Part shown: piece by piece, positions 19,717 through 27,776 of the stretch
Layout: each line of letters begins with the position of its first letter
Numbering within the stretch: position 1 is the first letter of the stretch
Assembly: GCA_029942245.1 (NCBI GenBank)
Contig: JAOZTN010000006.1
Span: forward strand, 1 to 50,097
Direction: 5' to 3'
Source of the DNA: Bacteroidales bacterium
Lineage (GTDB): Bacteria; Bacteroidota; Bacteroidia; Bacteroidales; B18-G4
DNA: 50,097 nucleotides
Made by a program: the position numbers and the translations under genes
Notes under the pieces: model-generated
Told to the model about the DNA's origin: nothing
Database searches by the model: none
The model's input: the letters and a program-made list of their open reading frames with translations, nothing else

Positions 19717-20505
19717 ATGAGTTATAAGAATATTGAGTTTGAAATGACCGATAATGCCGGTACCATTTGGCTGAACAGGCCTGATGTTCACAATGCCATG
19801 AATGCAGAAATGATCGGCGAGATCGTGGATGCCTTTGAAAAGGTGAACGAGATGGATGATGTTCGCTTTGTGATGCTCCGCGGACGCGGAAAATCTTTCT
19901 GTGCCGGAGCCGACCTTAACTATATGAAAGGCATCGCCCGCTTTGGTTTCGATGAGAACTACCAGGATGGGCTAAAGCTGGCAAAATGTTTCAACGCCAT
20001 CTATACCTGTACGAAGCCGACCATAGCTGTTGTTCATGGTGCCGCTATCGGGGGTGCCAACGGACTGCTGGCAGCATGCGATATGGTGTTTTGCATGGAT
20101 GATACCAAGTTTGCTTTTGCAGAAGTGAAACTGGGCATTGCACCCGCTACCATTTCACCTTATGTGTGTAAAAGGATAGGCGAATACAGGGCTCGTGACC
20201 TGATGATAACAGGAAGGAGATTCCCGGGGAAGGAAGCTGAAGTTGCCGGACTGGTGAACAAGTCGTTCGAGACAGAAGAAGCCATGGATGAACAGCTGGC
20301 CTTTACCCATAAGATGCTGATGAGCAGCGGGCCCGGAGCCATGGGAGCTACCAAAGAACTTATCTACAACCTTTATAACAAATACAATTTTGAAGATTCC
20401 ATCGATTATACGGCAAAGCTGATCGCCGAGCTGCGTGCCTCCGAGGAGGGTCAGGAAGGCATGGCATCCTTCCTCGAAAAGCGAAAAGCGAAATGGAATG
20501 TTTAA
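19717..20505 (+). CDS. liuC: Methylglutaconyl-CoA hydratase (crotonase family)
   Basis: LNRPDVHNA, FCAGADLNYM, GAAIGG, EVKLGIAPATISPY and EGQEGM motifs; adjacent to liuB. Confidence 0.85.
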   Translation: MSYKNIEFEMTDNAGTIWLNRPDVHNAMNAEMIGEIVDAFEKVNEMDDVRFVMLRGRGKSFCAGADLNYMKGIARFGFDENYQDGLKLAKCFNAIYTCTKPTIAVVHGAAIGGANGLLAACDMVFCMDDTKFAFAEVKLGIAPATISPYVCKRIGEYRARDLMITGRRFPGKEAEVAGLVNKSFETEEAMDEQLAFTHKMLMSSGPGAMGATKELIYNLYNKYNFEDSIDYTAKLIAELRASEEGQEGMASFLEKRKAKWNV

Positions 20506-20539
20506 ACGGATCAAGAAACTGAAAAAATAAATACTAGAT

Positions 20540-22735
20540 ATGGTTAAAAAGAGACCAATAAAATTCAGCCTCGTATACCGCGACATGTGGCAATCCTCCG
20601 GAAAGTATGTCCCCAGGGTAGACCAGCTTACCAAGATCGCTCCGGTAATTATCGACATGGGTTGTTTCGACCGCGTAGAGACCAATGGCGGTGCCTTTGA
20701 ACAGGTGAACCTGCTTTACGGGGAAAACCCAAACAAAGCTGTCAGGGATTGGACCCAGCCGTTTAATGATGTTGGCATTAAGACACATATGCTGGAAAGA
20801 GCCCTGAACGGGATCAGGATGTTCCCGGTACCCAAAGATGTGCGTCAGCTGATGTACAAAGTGAAGAAAGCTCAGGGTACGGATATTGCCCGTTCGTTTT
20901 GCGGCCTGAACGACCACCGCAACCTGGAGCTATCGGTAAAGTATGCTAAAGAAGCAGGAATGATCTCACAGGCTGCTTTATGCATTACCTACTCAAAAAT
21001 ACATACTGTTGAGTATTACATGAAGGTGGTTGACAAGGTAGCTGAATACGGTTGTGATGAGATCTGCCTGAAGGATATGGCAGGCATCGGACGTCCGGAA
21101 ACACTGGGGAAACTCACCGCCGCCATAAAGAAAAAATATCCGCACCTCCTGGTGCAGTATCATGGACATTCAGGACCCGGTTTCTCAGTTGCTTCTATGC
21201 TGGAAGTTGCCAGGGCGGGAGCTGATATTGTGGATGTGGCCATGGAACCCCTCTCCTGGGGAATGGTTCACCCCGATGTAATCACTATCAGGGATATGCT
21301 GTCAGATGCAGGCTTCGAAGTGCCCGACATTAACATGAAGGCATACATGGAAGCCCGTGCTATGACACAGGAATTCATGGACGACTTCCTGGGATACTGG
21401 ATCAACCCCAAGAACAGGTACATGTCTTCACTGCTGATCCAGTCAGGGCTTCCCGGTGGGATGATGGGCAGCCTGATGGCCGACCTCAAAGGGGTGCACG
21501 ACAGCATCAACTTCTCGCTGAAGTCGAGTGGGAAACCGGAACTTTCAGAAGATGAGCTGCTCATCCAGCTTTTCGAGGAGGTAGAATATGTATGGCCTAA
21601 GCTGGGCTATCCACCACTGGTGACCCCATATAGCCAATATGTGAAGAATATAGCCCTGCTCAACCTGATGCAGATGGCCAAAGGAGAAGAACGCTATTCC
21701 ATGATGGACGACAACGCATGGAACATGGTGCTTGGCAAGGCAGGGAAACTTCCTGGCGAGCTGGCGCCGGAGATCATCGAGTTAGCCAAATCTCAGGGAC
21801 GCGAGTTTTATGATGGCGTTCCACAGGAATTTTATCCGGATGCACTGGATAAGTACCGCAAAGAGATGAAGGAGAATGGATGGGAAACAGGTGAAGATGA
21901 TGAGGAGCTCTTTGAATTTGCCATGCATGAAGACCAGTACCGTGATTATAAATCAGGTGCAGCCAAACAACGCTTCGAGGCTGAACTGGAAAAAATGAAA
22001 GCACAAAAATCAACAAGCAAAACAACTATAGCCGTGGATACAAAAACTGCACCTAACAGGGATTCATACAATAAAGACGAGGTGAAACAGCCAACCGCCA
22101 TGGTGGCCTACCTGCTCTATACCTTGAACACAGAAAAGAAGGTGAATGAGTATAAACCCAAGAGCATCGACGTCTGGAACTCGATCGGGTTCTGGAGGGG
22201 TGAACAAAAGATCGACCTGACTATCGATGGCGCAACTATAGAAGTGCCGGTGAAAAAAGGTGATGATGAAACATGGCAATTTGCAATAGGCCGGTCAAAG
22301 CTGACTGCCACCCTGGAATATCTGGACGCAGGCGAAGTTGATTTCAAAATTGGTGATGACAGTTTCTTTGCACAGATCAAGCCCGGTGATGATGAATATG
22401 CTAAGGTTGTGATCAATGGAGGCGAGTTTCAGATGTTCAGGAATGACCTGCTCGATACAGAACTCTCAGCCGGTGGTGGTGACGACAGCCTCGATGCCGG
22501 TAAGCACATCGTTTCCCCTATCCCGGGCAAGGTGTTTAAGATCAATGTAAAAGAAGGAAAGAAGATCAAAAAGGGCGAAATCGTTGCGGTAATCGATGCC
22601 ATGAAGATGGAGAATAATATCACTTCAAACAAGGATGCTGTGGTGAAGAAGATCCTGGTGAAACTTAACGAGATGGTTGAGGTGAATACCGCATTGATAG
22701 AGCTTGAAGATGATGTTGTTGAGGAGAAGGAATAG
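20540..22735 (+). CDS. Pyruvate/oxaloacetate carboxyltransferase domain + putative BT-like domain + biotin carboxyl carrier; no biotin carboxylase domain
   Basis: RDMWQS, LKDMAG, HGHSG, PGGM and GYPPLVTPYSQ (OadA/PycB/5S-type); VWNSIGFWR plus a beta-rich segment; SPIPGKV...AMKM biotinylation site at 22598-22609. Confidence 0.85.
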   Translation: MVKKRPIKFSLVYRDMWQSSGKYVPRVDQLTKIAPVIIDMGCFDRVETNGGAFEQVNLLYGENPNKAVRDWTQPFNDVGIKTHMLERALNGIRMFPVPKDVRQLMYKVKKAQGTDIARSFCGLNDHRNLELSVKYAKEAGMISQAALCITYSKIHTVEYYMKVVDKVAEYGCDEICLKDMAGIGRPETLGKLTAAIKKKYPHLLVQYHGHSGPGFSVASMLEVARAGADIVDVAMEPLSWGMVHPDVITIRDMLSDAGFEVPDINMKAYMEARAMTQEFMDDFLGYWINPKNRYMSSLLIQSGLPGGMMGSLMADLKGVHDSINFSLKSSGKPELSEDELLIQLFEEVEYVWPKLGYPPLVTPYSQYVKNIALLNLMQMAKGEERYSMMDDNAWNMVLGKAGKLPGELAPEIIELAKSQGREFYDGVPQEFYPDALDKYRKEMKENGWETGEDDEELFEFAMHEDQYRDYKSGAAKQRFEAELEKMKAQKSTSKTTIAVDTKTAPNRDSYNKDEVKQPTAMVAYLLYTLNTEKKVNEYKPKSIDVWNSIGFWRGEQKIDLTIDGATIEVPVKKGDDETWQFAIGRSKLTATLEYLDAGEVDFKIGDDSFFAQIKPGDDEYAKVVINGGEFQMFRNDLLDTELSAGGGDDSLDAGKHIVSPIPGKVFKINVKEGKKIKKGEIVAVIDAMKMENNITSNKDAVVKKILVKLNEMVEVNTALIELEDDVVEEKE

Positions 22736-22775
22736 ATTTTGATATTCGATTAATTAATCCAAAACCAAAGAAAAG

Positions 22776-23921
22776 ATGAATTTCGAACTATCAGAAGAGC
22801 AACAAATGATACGTGACACGGTGCGTGATTTCGCCGAAAGGGAGATTAAACCTGTTGCACAAGAGCTGGATGAAAAGGCTGAGTTCTCGTATGATATCAC
22901 CGCCAAAATGGGTGAGCTTGGCTTATTTGGCATGTACCTGCCCGAGAAATATGGTGGACAGGGACTCGACACCCTTTCATATATCATCGCGGTGGAAGAA
23001 CTGGCACGCATCGACGGTTCCCAGGCAGCGACACTGGCTGCACACAACTCTCTGGGCATTGGCCCCATATACTATTATGGGAGTGAGGAACAAAAGATGA
23101 AGTATCTGCCGCAACTGTGTACGGGAAAGGCTCTCTGGGGCTTTGGATTGACCGAACCCAATGCCGGATCCGATTCACGTGGTTCCAAAACTACAGCGAA
23201 AGTGGATGGTGATGATTGGATTATTGACGGATCAAAGATCTTCATTACTAACGGATCAGTTGATATCAGCATCGGCAGTTCAGTACAGGCCGTTAGCGGT
23301 GAGGAGAATGGGAAAAAGATTTTCACAACCTTTCTTGTCGATAAAGGGACGCCGGGTTTTAAAACGGTTTCCATGCATGGCAAGATGATGTGGCGGGCTT
23401 CCGATACGGCAGAGCTATATTTCGATGATTGCCGCATACCCAAAGAGCATTTACTGGGGGAGATAGGGCAGGGTTCCAAGATCATGCTCAGCACGCTGGA
23501 TAATGGGCGCCTGTCGATTGGTGCCATGGGCCTCGGACTGGCACAGGGGGCTTTTGAACTGGCCAGGGCATATGGCAATGAACGCAAGCAGTTTGGCAGG
23601 ACCATCAACAGCTTTCAGGTGAATGCCTTTAAGCTGGCCGACATGGCACTGAAGATAGAACTCGGGCGTAACCTGCTCTACAAAGCATGCTGGCTGAAAG
23701 ATGCCGGCAAGCCATTTGGCAAGGAATCGGCTATGGCTAAGCTATATTGCTCGGAAATTGCCAGGGAAGTAGCCGATGAAGCAGTTCAGATCCATGGTGG
23801 CTACGGACTGATGAAAGATTACGATATCGAGCGCCACTACCGCGACGCACGCCTGCTGCCGATTGGAGAGGGAACCTCTGAGATACAAAGGCTGGTCATT
23901 GCCAGATACGTGAATAGTTAG
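22776..23921 (+). CDS. Acyl-CoA dehydrogenase (isovaleryl/short-branched-chain by context)
   Basis: LTEPNAGSD, GSKIFITNG, RKQFG, QIHGGYG and IGEGTSEIQR motifs. Confidence 0.9.
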   Translation: MNFELSEEQQMIRDTVRDFAEREIKPVAQELDEKAEFSYDITAKMGELGLFGMYLPEKYGGQGLDTLSYIIAVEELARIDGSQAATLAAHNSLGIGPIYYYGSEEQKMKYLPQLCTGKALWGFGLTEPNAGSDSRGSKTTAKVDGDDWIIDGSKIFITNGSVDISIGSSVQAVSGEENGKKIFTTFLVDKGTPGFKTVSMHGKMMWRASDTAELYFDDCRIPKEHLLGEIGQGSKIMLSTLDNGRLSIGAMGLGLAQGAFELARAYGNERKQFGRTINSFQVNAFKLADMALKIELGRNLLYKACWLKDAGKPFGKESAMAKLYCSEIAREVADEAVQIHGGYGLMKDYDIERHYRDARLLPIGEGTSEIQRLVIARYVNS

Positions 23922-23925
23922 ATCA

Positions 23926-23970
23926 CGATATTTAATATTCGATATTCGATATTCGATATCCGATATTCGA
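23926..23970 (+). repeat. Heptamer tandem repeat (CGATATT) x ~6
   Basis: cgatatt-taatatt-cgatatt-cgatatt-cgatatc-cgatatt-cga. Confidence 0.85.
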
Positions 23971-23990
23971 ATGCAGCATAAAATGAACGT

Positions 23991-25940
23991 ATGAATTATA
24001 AGAAACTATGGTCTCCCACAGTGGAGCGCTCTGAACATTCCCGTATGAAGACCTTCATGGAGGAGGTGAATGAAAAATTCGGGAAGGATTTTCAAACATA
24101 TGATGAGCTTTTTCAATGGAGTGTGGAGCAACCCGCCGACTTCTGGGGGGCTTTCTGGTACTTCAGCGGTATCCGGTATTCGAAAGATTTCGATACAGTT
24201 GTGGATGATCCCAAAAAGATGCCGGGGGCGAAGTGGTTTGAAGGTGCCAGGCTGAACTTTGCCGAAAACCTTTTGCCCAGAAGGGATGATAAGACCGCCA
24301 TCATCTTCCGAGGAGAATCAGAATTTGAACGTCGTGTCAGCTATGCCGAACTTTATGACCAGGCACATCGCGTGGCGGAAGGAATGAAGAAACTTGGTGT
24401 AAAGAAAGGCGATCGCGTAGCCGGGTTCATACCCAATATGCCTGAAGCCATCATTGCCATGCTGGCAGCATCCTCATTAGGGGCCATATGGTCCTCATCA
24501 TCACCCGATTTTGGTATCAAAGGCGTACTCGACCGCTTCAGCCAGATCGAGCCCAAAGTAATCTTTGCGGCCGATGGCTATTATTATAAAGGAAAGAGTT
24601 TCGATTCTCAGGAAAAATTAAAAGGCATCCTTGATAAATTGCCCTCTGTAGAGAAGGTTGTTCTGATCAATTACACAAATCATGTTGATACGTCGTCGAT
24701 CGCTAATGCAGTGAGCTGGGAGGACTTTGCTGAACCGGTGACAGGTGACATGAGCTTTGAACAACTGCCTTTCGATCATCCCCTGTACATTATGTATTCT
24801 TCAGGGACAACCGGATTGCCGAAAAGCATCGTGCATTCGGCCGGTGGTACACTCATCCAGCACCTGAAAGAACTTATCCTCCACAGCAATCTGCATGAAG
24901 AGGATACCATCTTTTATTTTACCACCTGTGGTTGGATGATGTGGAACTGGTTCATCAGCAGCCTGGCAGTTGGCTCGACTATTGTCTGCTTCGATGGCAA
25001 TCCCTTCCATCCCGCCCCGGATGCTCTTCTGCATATGGCAAAAGACCTGGATGTAACCATATTCGGCACCAGTGCCAAGTACATCGCCAGTCTTGAAAAT
25101 GCCGGTGTTGTACCAAAAGATATAAGTGCATTCCCGGCCCTGAAAGCGATCTGCTCCACGGGATCACCTCTCTCCAACGAGAGCTTTGAATACGTTTACA
25201 GCCAATGGAAAGAAGATGTGCAGCTTTCCTCCATTGCAGGTGGAACGGATATTGTGTCCTGCTTCATGCTTGGCAACCCAATGTTACCAGTTTATATGGG
25301 TGAAATACAATGTCGTGGCCTCGGAATGGATGTGGACAGCTTCGATGATTTCGGGCAGAGCATAAGTGGTAAGCAAGGGGAACTGGTTTGCAAGACGGCT
25401 TTTCCTTCCATGCCCATATATTTTTGGAACGACCCGGATGGAAAGAAATACCATGATGCTTATTTCGATGTTTATGACGGCATCTGGCGGCATGGCGACT
25501 ATATCCTGCTAAGTGGGCACGGAGGTATTACAATGTTTGGAAGATCTGATGCCACACTAAATCCGGGAGGCGTCCGTATCGGTACTGCCGAGATCTACAA
25601 TGTGGTGGAAAATATGGATGAAGTGGAGGATGCTGTTGTCATCGGCCAGAAATGGGAAGATGATGAAAGGGTCGTGCTCTTTGTGAAACTGAATGAAGGC
25701 TTCACACTTGACGATGATCTCAAGATAAAAATATCCAAACTTATTCGCAGCAATTGCAGCCCGCGCCATGTGCCGGCCATCATCCTTGAAACGGAAGGTG
25801 TGCCTTATACATTGAATGGGAAAAAGGTGGAGATCGCCGTAAAAAAGGCCATACTCGGGGAAGAGATCAAGAATAAGGATGCACTTGCCAATCCTGAGGT
25901 GCTGGATTATTTCGAAAAGCTTGAAGGGCTTGGGGGTTAA
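23991..25940 (+). CDS. aacS: Acetoacetate--CoA ligase
   Basis: WFEGARLNFAENLL, YSSGTTGLPK, FTTCGWMMWNW, GGTDIVSCF, GRSDATLNPGGVRIG and NGKKVE motifs. Confidence 0.92.
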   Translation: MNYKKLWSPTVERSEHSRMKTFMEEVNEKFGKDFQTYDELFQWSVEQPADFWGAFWYFSGIRYSKDFDTVVDDPKKMPGAKWFEGARLNFAENLLPRRDDKTAIIFRGESEFERRVSYAELYDQAHRVAEGMKKLGVKKGDRVAGFIPNMPEAIIAMLAASSLGAIWSSSSPDFGIKGVLDRFSQIEPKVIFAADGYYYKGKSFDSQEKLKGILDKLPSVEKVVLINYTNHVDTSSIANAVSWEDFAEPVTGDMSFEQLPFDHPLYIMYSSGTTGLPKSIVHSAGGTLIQHLKELILHSNLHEEDTIFYFTTCGWMMWNWFISSLAVGSTIVCFDGNPFHPAPDALLHMAKDLDVTIFGTSAKYIASLENAGVVPKDISAFPALKAICSTGSPLSNESFEYVYSQWKEDVQLSSIAGGTDIVSCFMLGNPMLPVYMGEIQCRGLGMDVDSFDDFGQSISGKQGELVCKTAFPSMPIYFWNDPDGKKYHDAYFDVYDGIWRHGDYILLSGHGGITMFGRSDATLNPGGVRIGTAEIYNVVENMDEVEDAVVIGQKWEDDERVVLFVKLNEGFTLDDDLKIKISKLIRSNCSPRHVPAIILETEGVPYTLNGKKVEIAVKKAILGEEIKNKDALANPEVLDYFEKLEGLGG

Positions 25941-25943
25941 GAT

Positions 25944-25982
25944 TCGAAAACTGAAACCTAAAACTCGAAACTTGAGACTCGA
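25944..25982 (+). repeat. Degenerate heptamer tandem repeat (AACTCGA-like)
   Basis: tcgaaaa-ctgaaac-ctaaaac-tcgaaac-ttgagac-tcga directly after the ligase stop codon. Confidence 0.6.
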
Positions 25983-26032
25983 TCCATTTCCATGTTCTTT
26001 GTGCTTTATTCAAATACCTTATCTTTGAGTAC

Positions 26033-27640
26033 ATGAAAAAGAAGCATCTTCTATTACTTTCACTGCTATCGGGGCTAATACTTTCTCTGGCCTGGCCGCG
26101 TGATGGCTTTGCTGGGCTGATGCTCCTGGGATTTATTCCTTTCCTATTTATCGAGGACTATATAAGCAAGAATAAACAGGATTTTCATCGCTTCGCGGTA
26201 CTGGTATATACGTACCCGGGCTTTTTGCTTTGGAATGTGCTCACCACCTACTGGATATGGAACTCCACGGAAGTGGGCTCAATAGGTGCTTTTGTGGCCA
26301 ATGCCTTTTTTATGGCGCTGGTATTCAATATTTATTCCTTTACCAAGAAACATATTTACGGGAAGAACAATGGCTACTTCATCCTACCATTTTATTGGAT
26401 GAGCTTCGAATACTGGCACCTGAACTGGGATATGAGCTGGCCCTGGCTCAGCCTGGGAAATGCCTTTGCCAATTTTCCCTCCTGGGTGCAATGGTATGAG
26501 TATACCGGTGCTTTTGGTGGCACGTTGTGGATATTAGTGCTGAATATTCTGTTTTATAAGTTCATAACCCTGGGCTGGAAGAACAGGAAACTTATTAAGG
26601 ATAAGATCATATGGGGCACGGCATCTGCGCTCTTCCTGCTGCTGCCTTTGCTGATCTCGATCATCATTTACAACGCTTATGAAGAAGAGGATCGTCCCGT
26701 GGAGGTGATCGTGACGCAGGCCAACATCAACCCATATACTGAACAATATTCCCTTCCACCTGAAGAAGTCGTGGAACGGAATCTGGATCTGATAAAAACT
26801 ATCATCGATGATAATACGGATTTTGTGGTCTGCCCGGAGTCGTCTATTCAAGAGGCCATTTGGGAGGATCGCTTTGACCAAAGTCCCAGCATCCGGCAAG
26901 TTAAAAACTTTATTTCCGCGTATCCTAATGCGACTTTCATTATAGGGGCATCCACTTTCAGGGAGTATGAAGAAGGGGAGGAGCTAAGATTCTCAGCGCG
27001 AAAATTCAGGGATGCAGATGCTTATTATGATGCTTACAATACAGTATTCTTTATAGATGCACTCGGTGAAATTGAAGTTTACCATAAATCGAAGTTAACA
27101 CCGGGTGTTGAAACCATGCCCTTCCCCCAATACCTGGGTTTCTTCGATAACTTTGCCATCGACCTGGGTGGGACAGTGGGCAGCCTCGGCACAGACGATA
27201 TAAGGAAGGTGTTTGTGACCCGGGATGACTCTTTGAGGGTGTCTGCAGTAATATGCTATGAATCCGTTTACGGGGAGTTTTTTGCTGAATTTGCCCGAAA
27301 CGGTGCTGAACTCATCTTTATTGTGACCAACGATGGCTGGTGGGGAAATACACCGGGTCACAAGCAGCACTTCATCTATTCACGCCTGCGTGCCATTGAA
27401 ACCCGTCGTAGCATCGCACGATCAGCCAATACGGGAATCTCCGCATTTATCAATCAAAGGGGTGACATCGTGGAGGAATCCGGATACTGGGTCCCGACCG
27501 TTTTGAAGCAAAGTATCAATGCCAATGATAAGATCACTTTTTATTCCATGTATGGAGATTACCTGGCCAGGATCGCTGCATTTGTCTCAGTTTTACTATT
27601 GCTGATCTCGATCAGCCTGGGCTTAAGAAGAAGGCAGTAA
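26033..27640 (+). CDS. lnt: Apolipoprotein N-acyltransferase
   Basis: Multi-TM N-domain with WPWLSLG; nitrilase triad in CPES, YHKSKL and ICYES; TNDGWW; RSANTGIS. TATCTTTG -7 element just upstream. Confidence 0.93.
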   Translation: MKKKHLLLLSLLSGLILSLAWPRDGFAGLMLLGFIPFLFIEDYISKNKQDFHRFAVLVYTYPGFLLWNVLTTYWIWNSTEVGSIGAFVANAFFMALVFNIYSFTKKHIYGKNNGYFILPFYWMSFEYWHLNWDMSWPWLSLGNAFANFPSWVQWYEYTGAFGGTLWILVLNILFYKFITLGWKNRKLIKDKIIWGTASALFLLLPLLISIIIYNAYEEEDRPVEVIVTQANINPYTEQYSLPPEEVVERNLDLIKTIIDDNTDFVVCPESSIQEAIWEDRFDQSPSIRQVKNFISAYPNATFIIGASTFREYEEGEELRFSARKFRDADAYYDAYNTVFFIDALGEIEVYHKSKLTPGVETMPFPQYLGFFDNFAIDLGGTVGSLGTDDIRKVFVTRDDSLRVSAVICYESVYGEFFAEFARNGAELIFIVTNDGWWGNTPGHKQHFIYSRLRAIETRRSIARSANTGISAFINQRGDIVEESGYWVPTVLKQSINANDKITFYSMYGDYLARIAAFVSVLLLLISISLGLRRRQ

Positions 27641-27710
27641 GAAGTACACCTTCCCCAAAACCATCACTTATGTGGATAAGAAACTATTAGCGAAATTGCC
27701 TGTGTCTGAG

Positions 27711-27734
27711 CCCTGCAGTTTACAATTTGCAGGG
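27711..27734. terminator. Hairpin between convergent lnt and permease genes, possible terminator
   Basis: CCCTGCAG-N8-TTGCAGGG, followed by a second small stem AATGCT-TAGC-AGCATT; no clean U-tract. Confidence 0.35.
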
Positions 27735-27776
27735 AATGCTTAGCAGCATTTATTTGAAGCGAAAGGAATAAATTAC

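Noticed and set aside
20540-22735. Plain Na+-pumping oxaloacetate decarboxylase alpha or pyruvate carboxylase B annotation
   Set aside because: No oadB/oadG or pycA is adjacent, the gene is embedded in a liu-type operon, and it carries an extra ~130-aa domain. Not fully excluded, because partners could be encoded elsewhere.
23926-23970. Short repeat arrays as CRISPR
   Set aside because: The units are 7 bp and contiguous with no spacers, and there are no cas genes.
27671-27679. Perfect DnaA box (TGTGGATAA) as a replication origin
   Set aside because: It is a single box in a 136-bp gap between convergent genes, with no box cluster or unwinding element.
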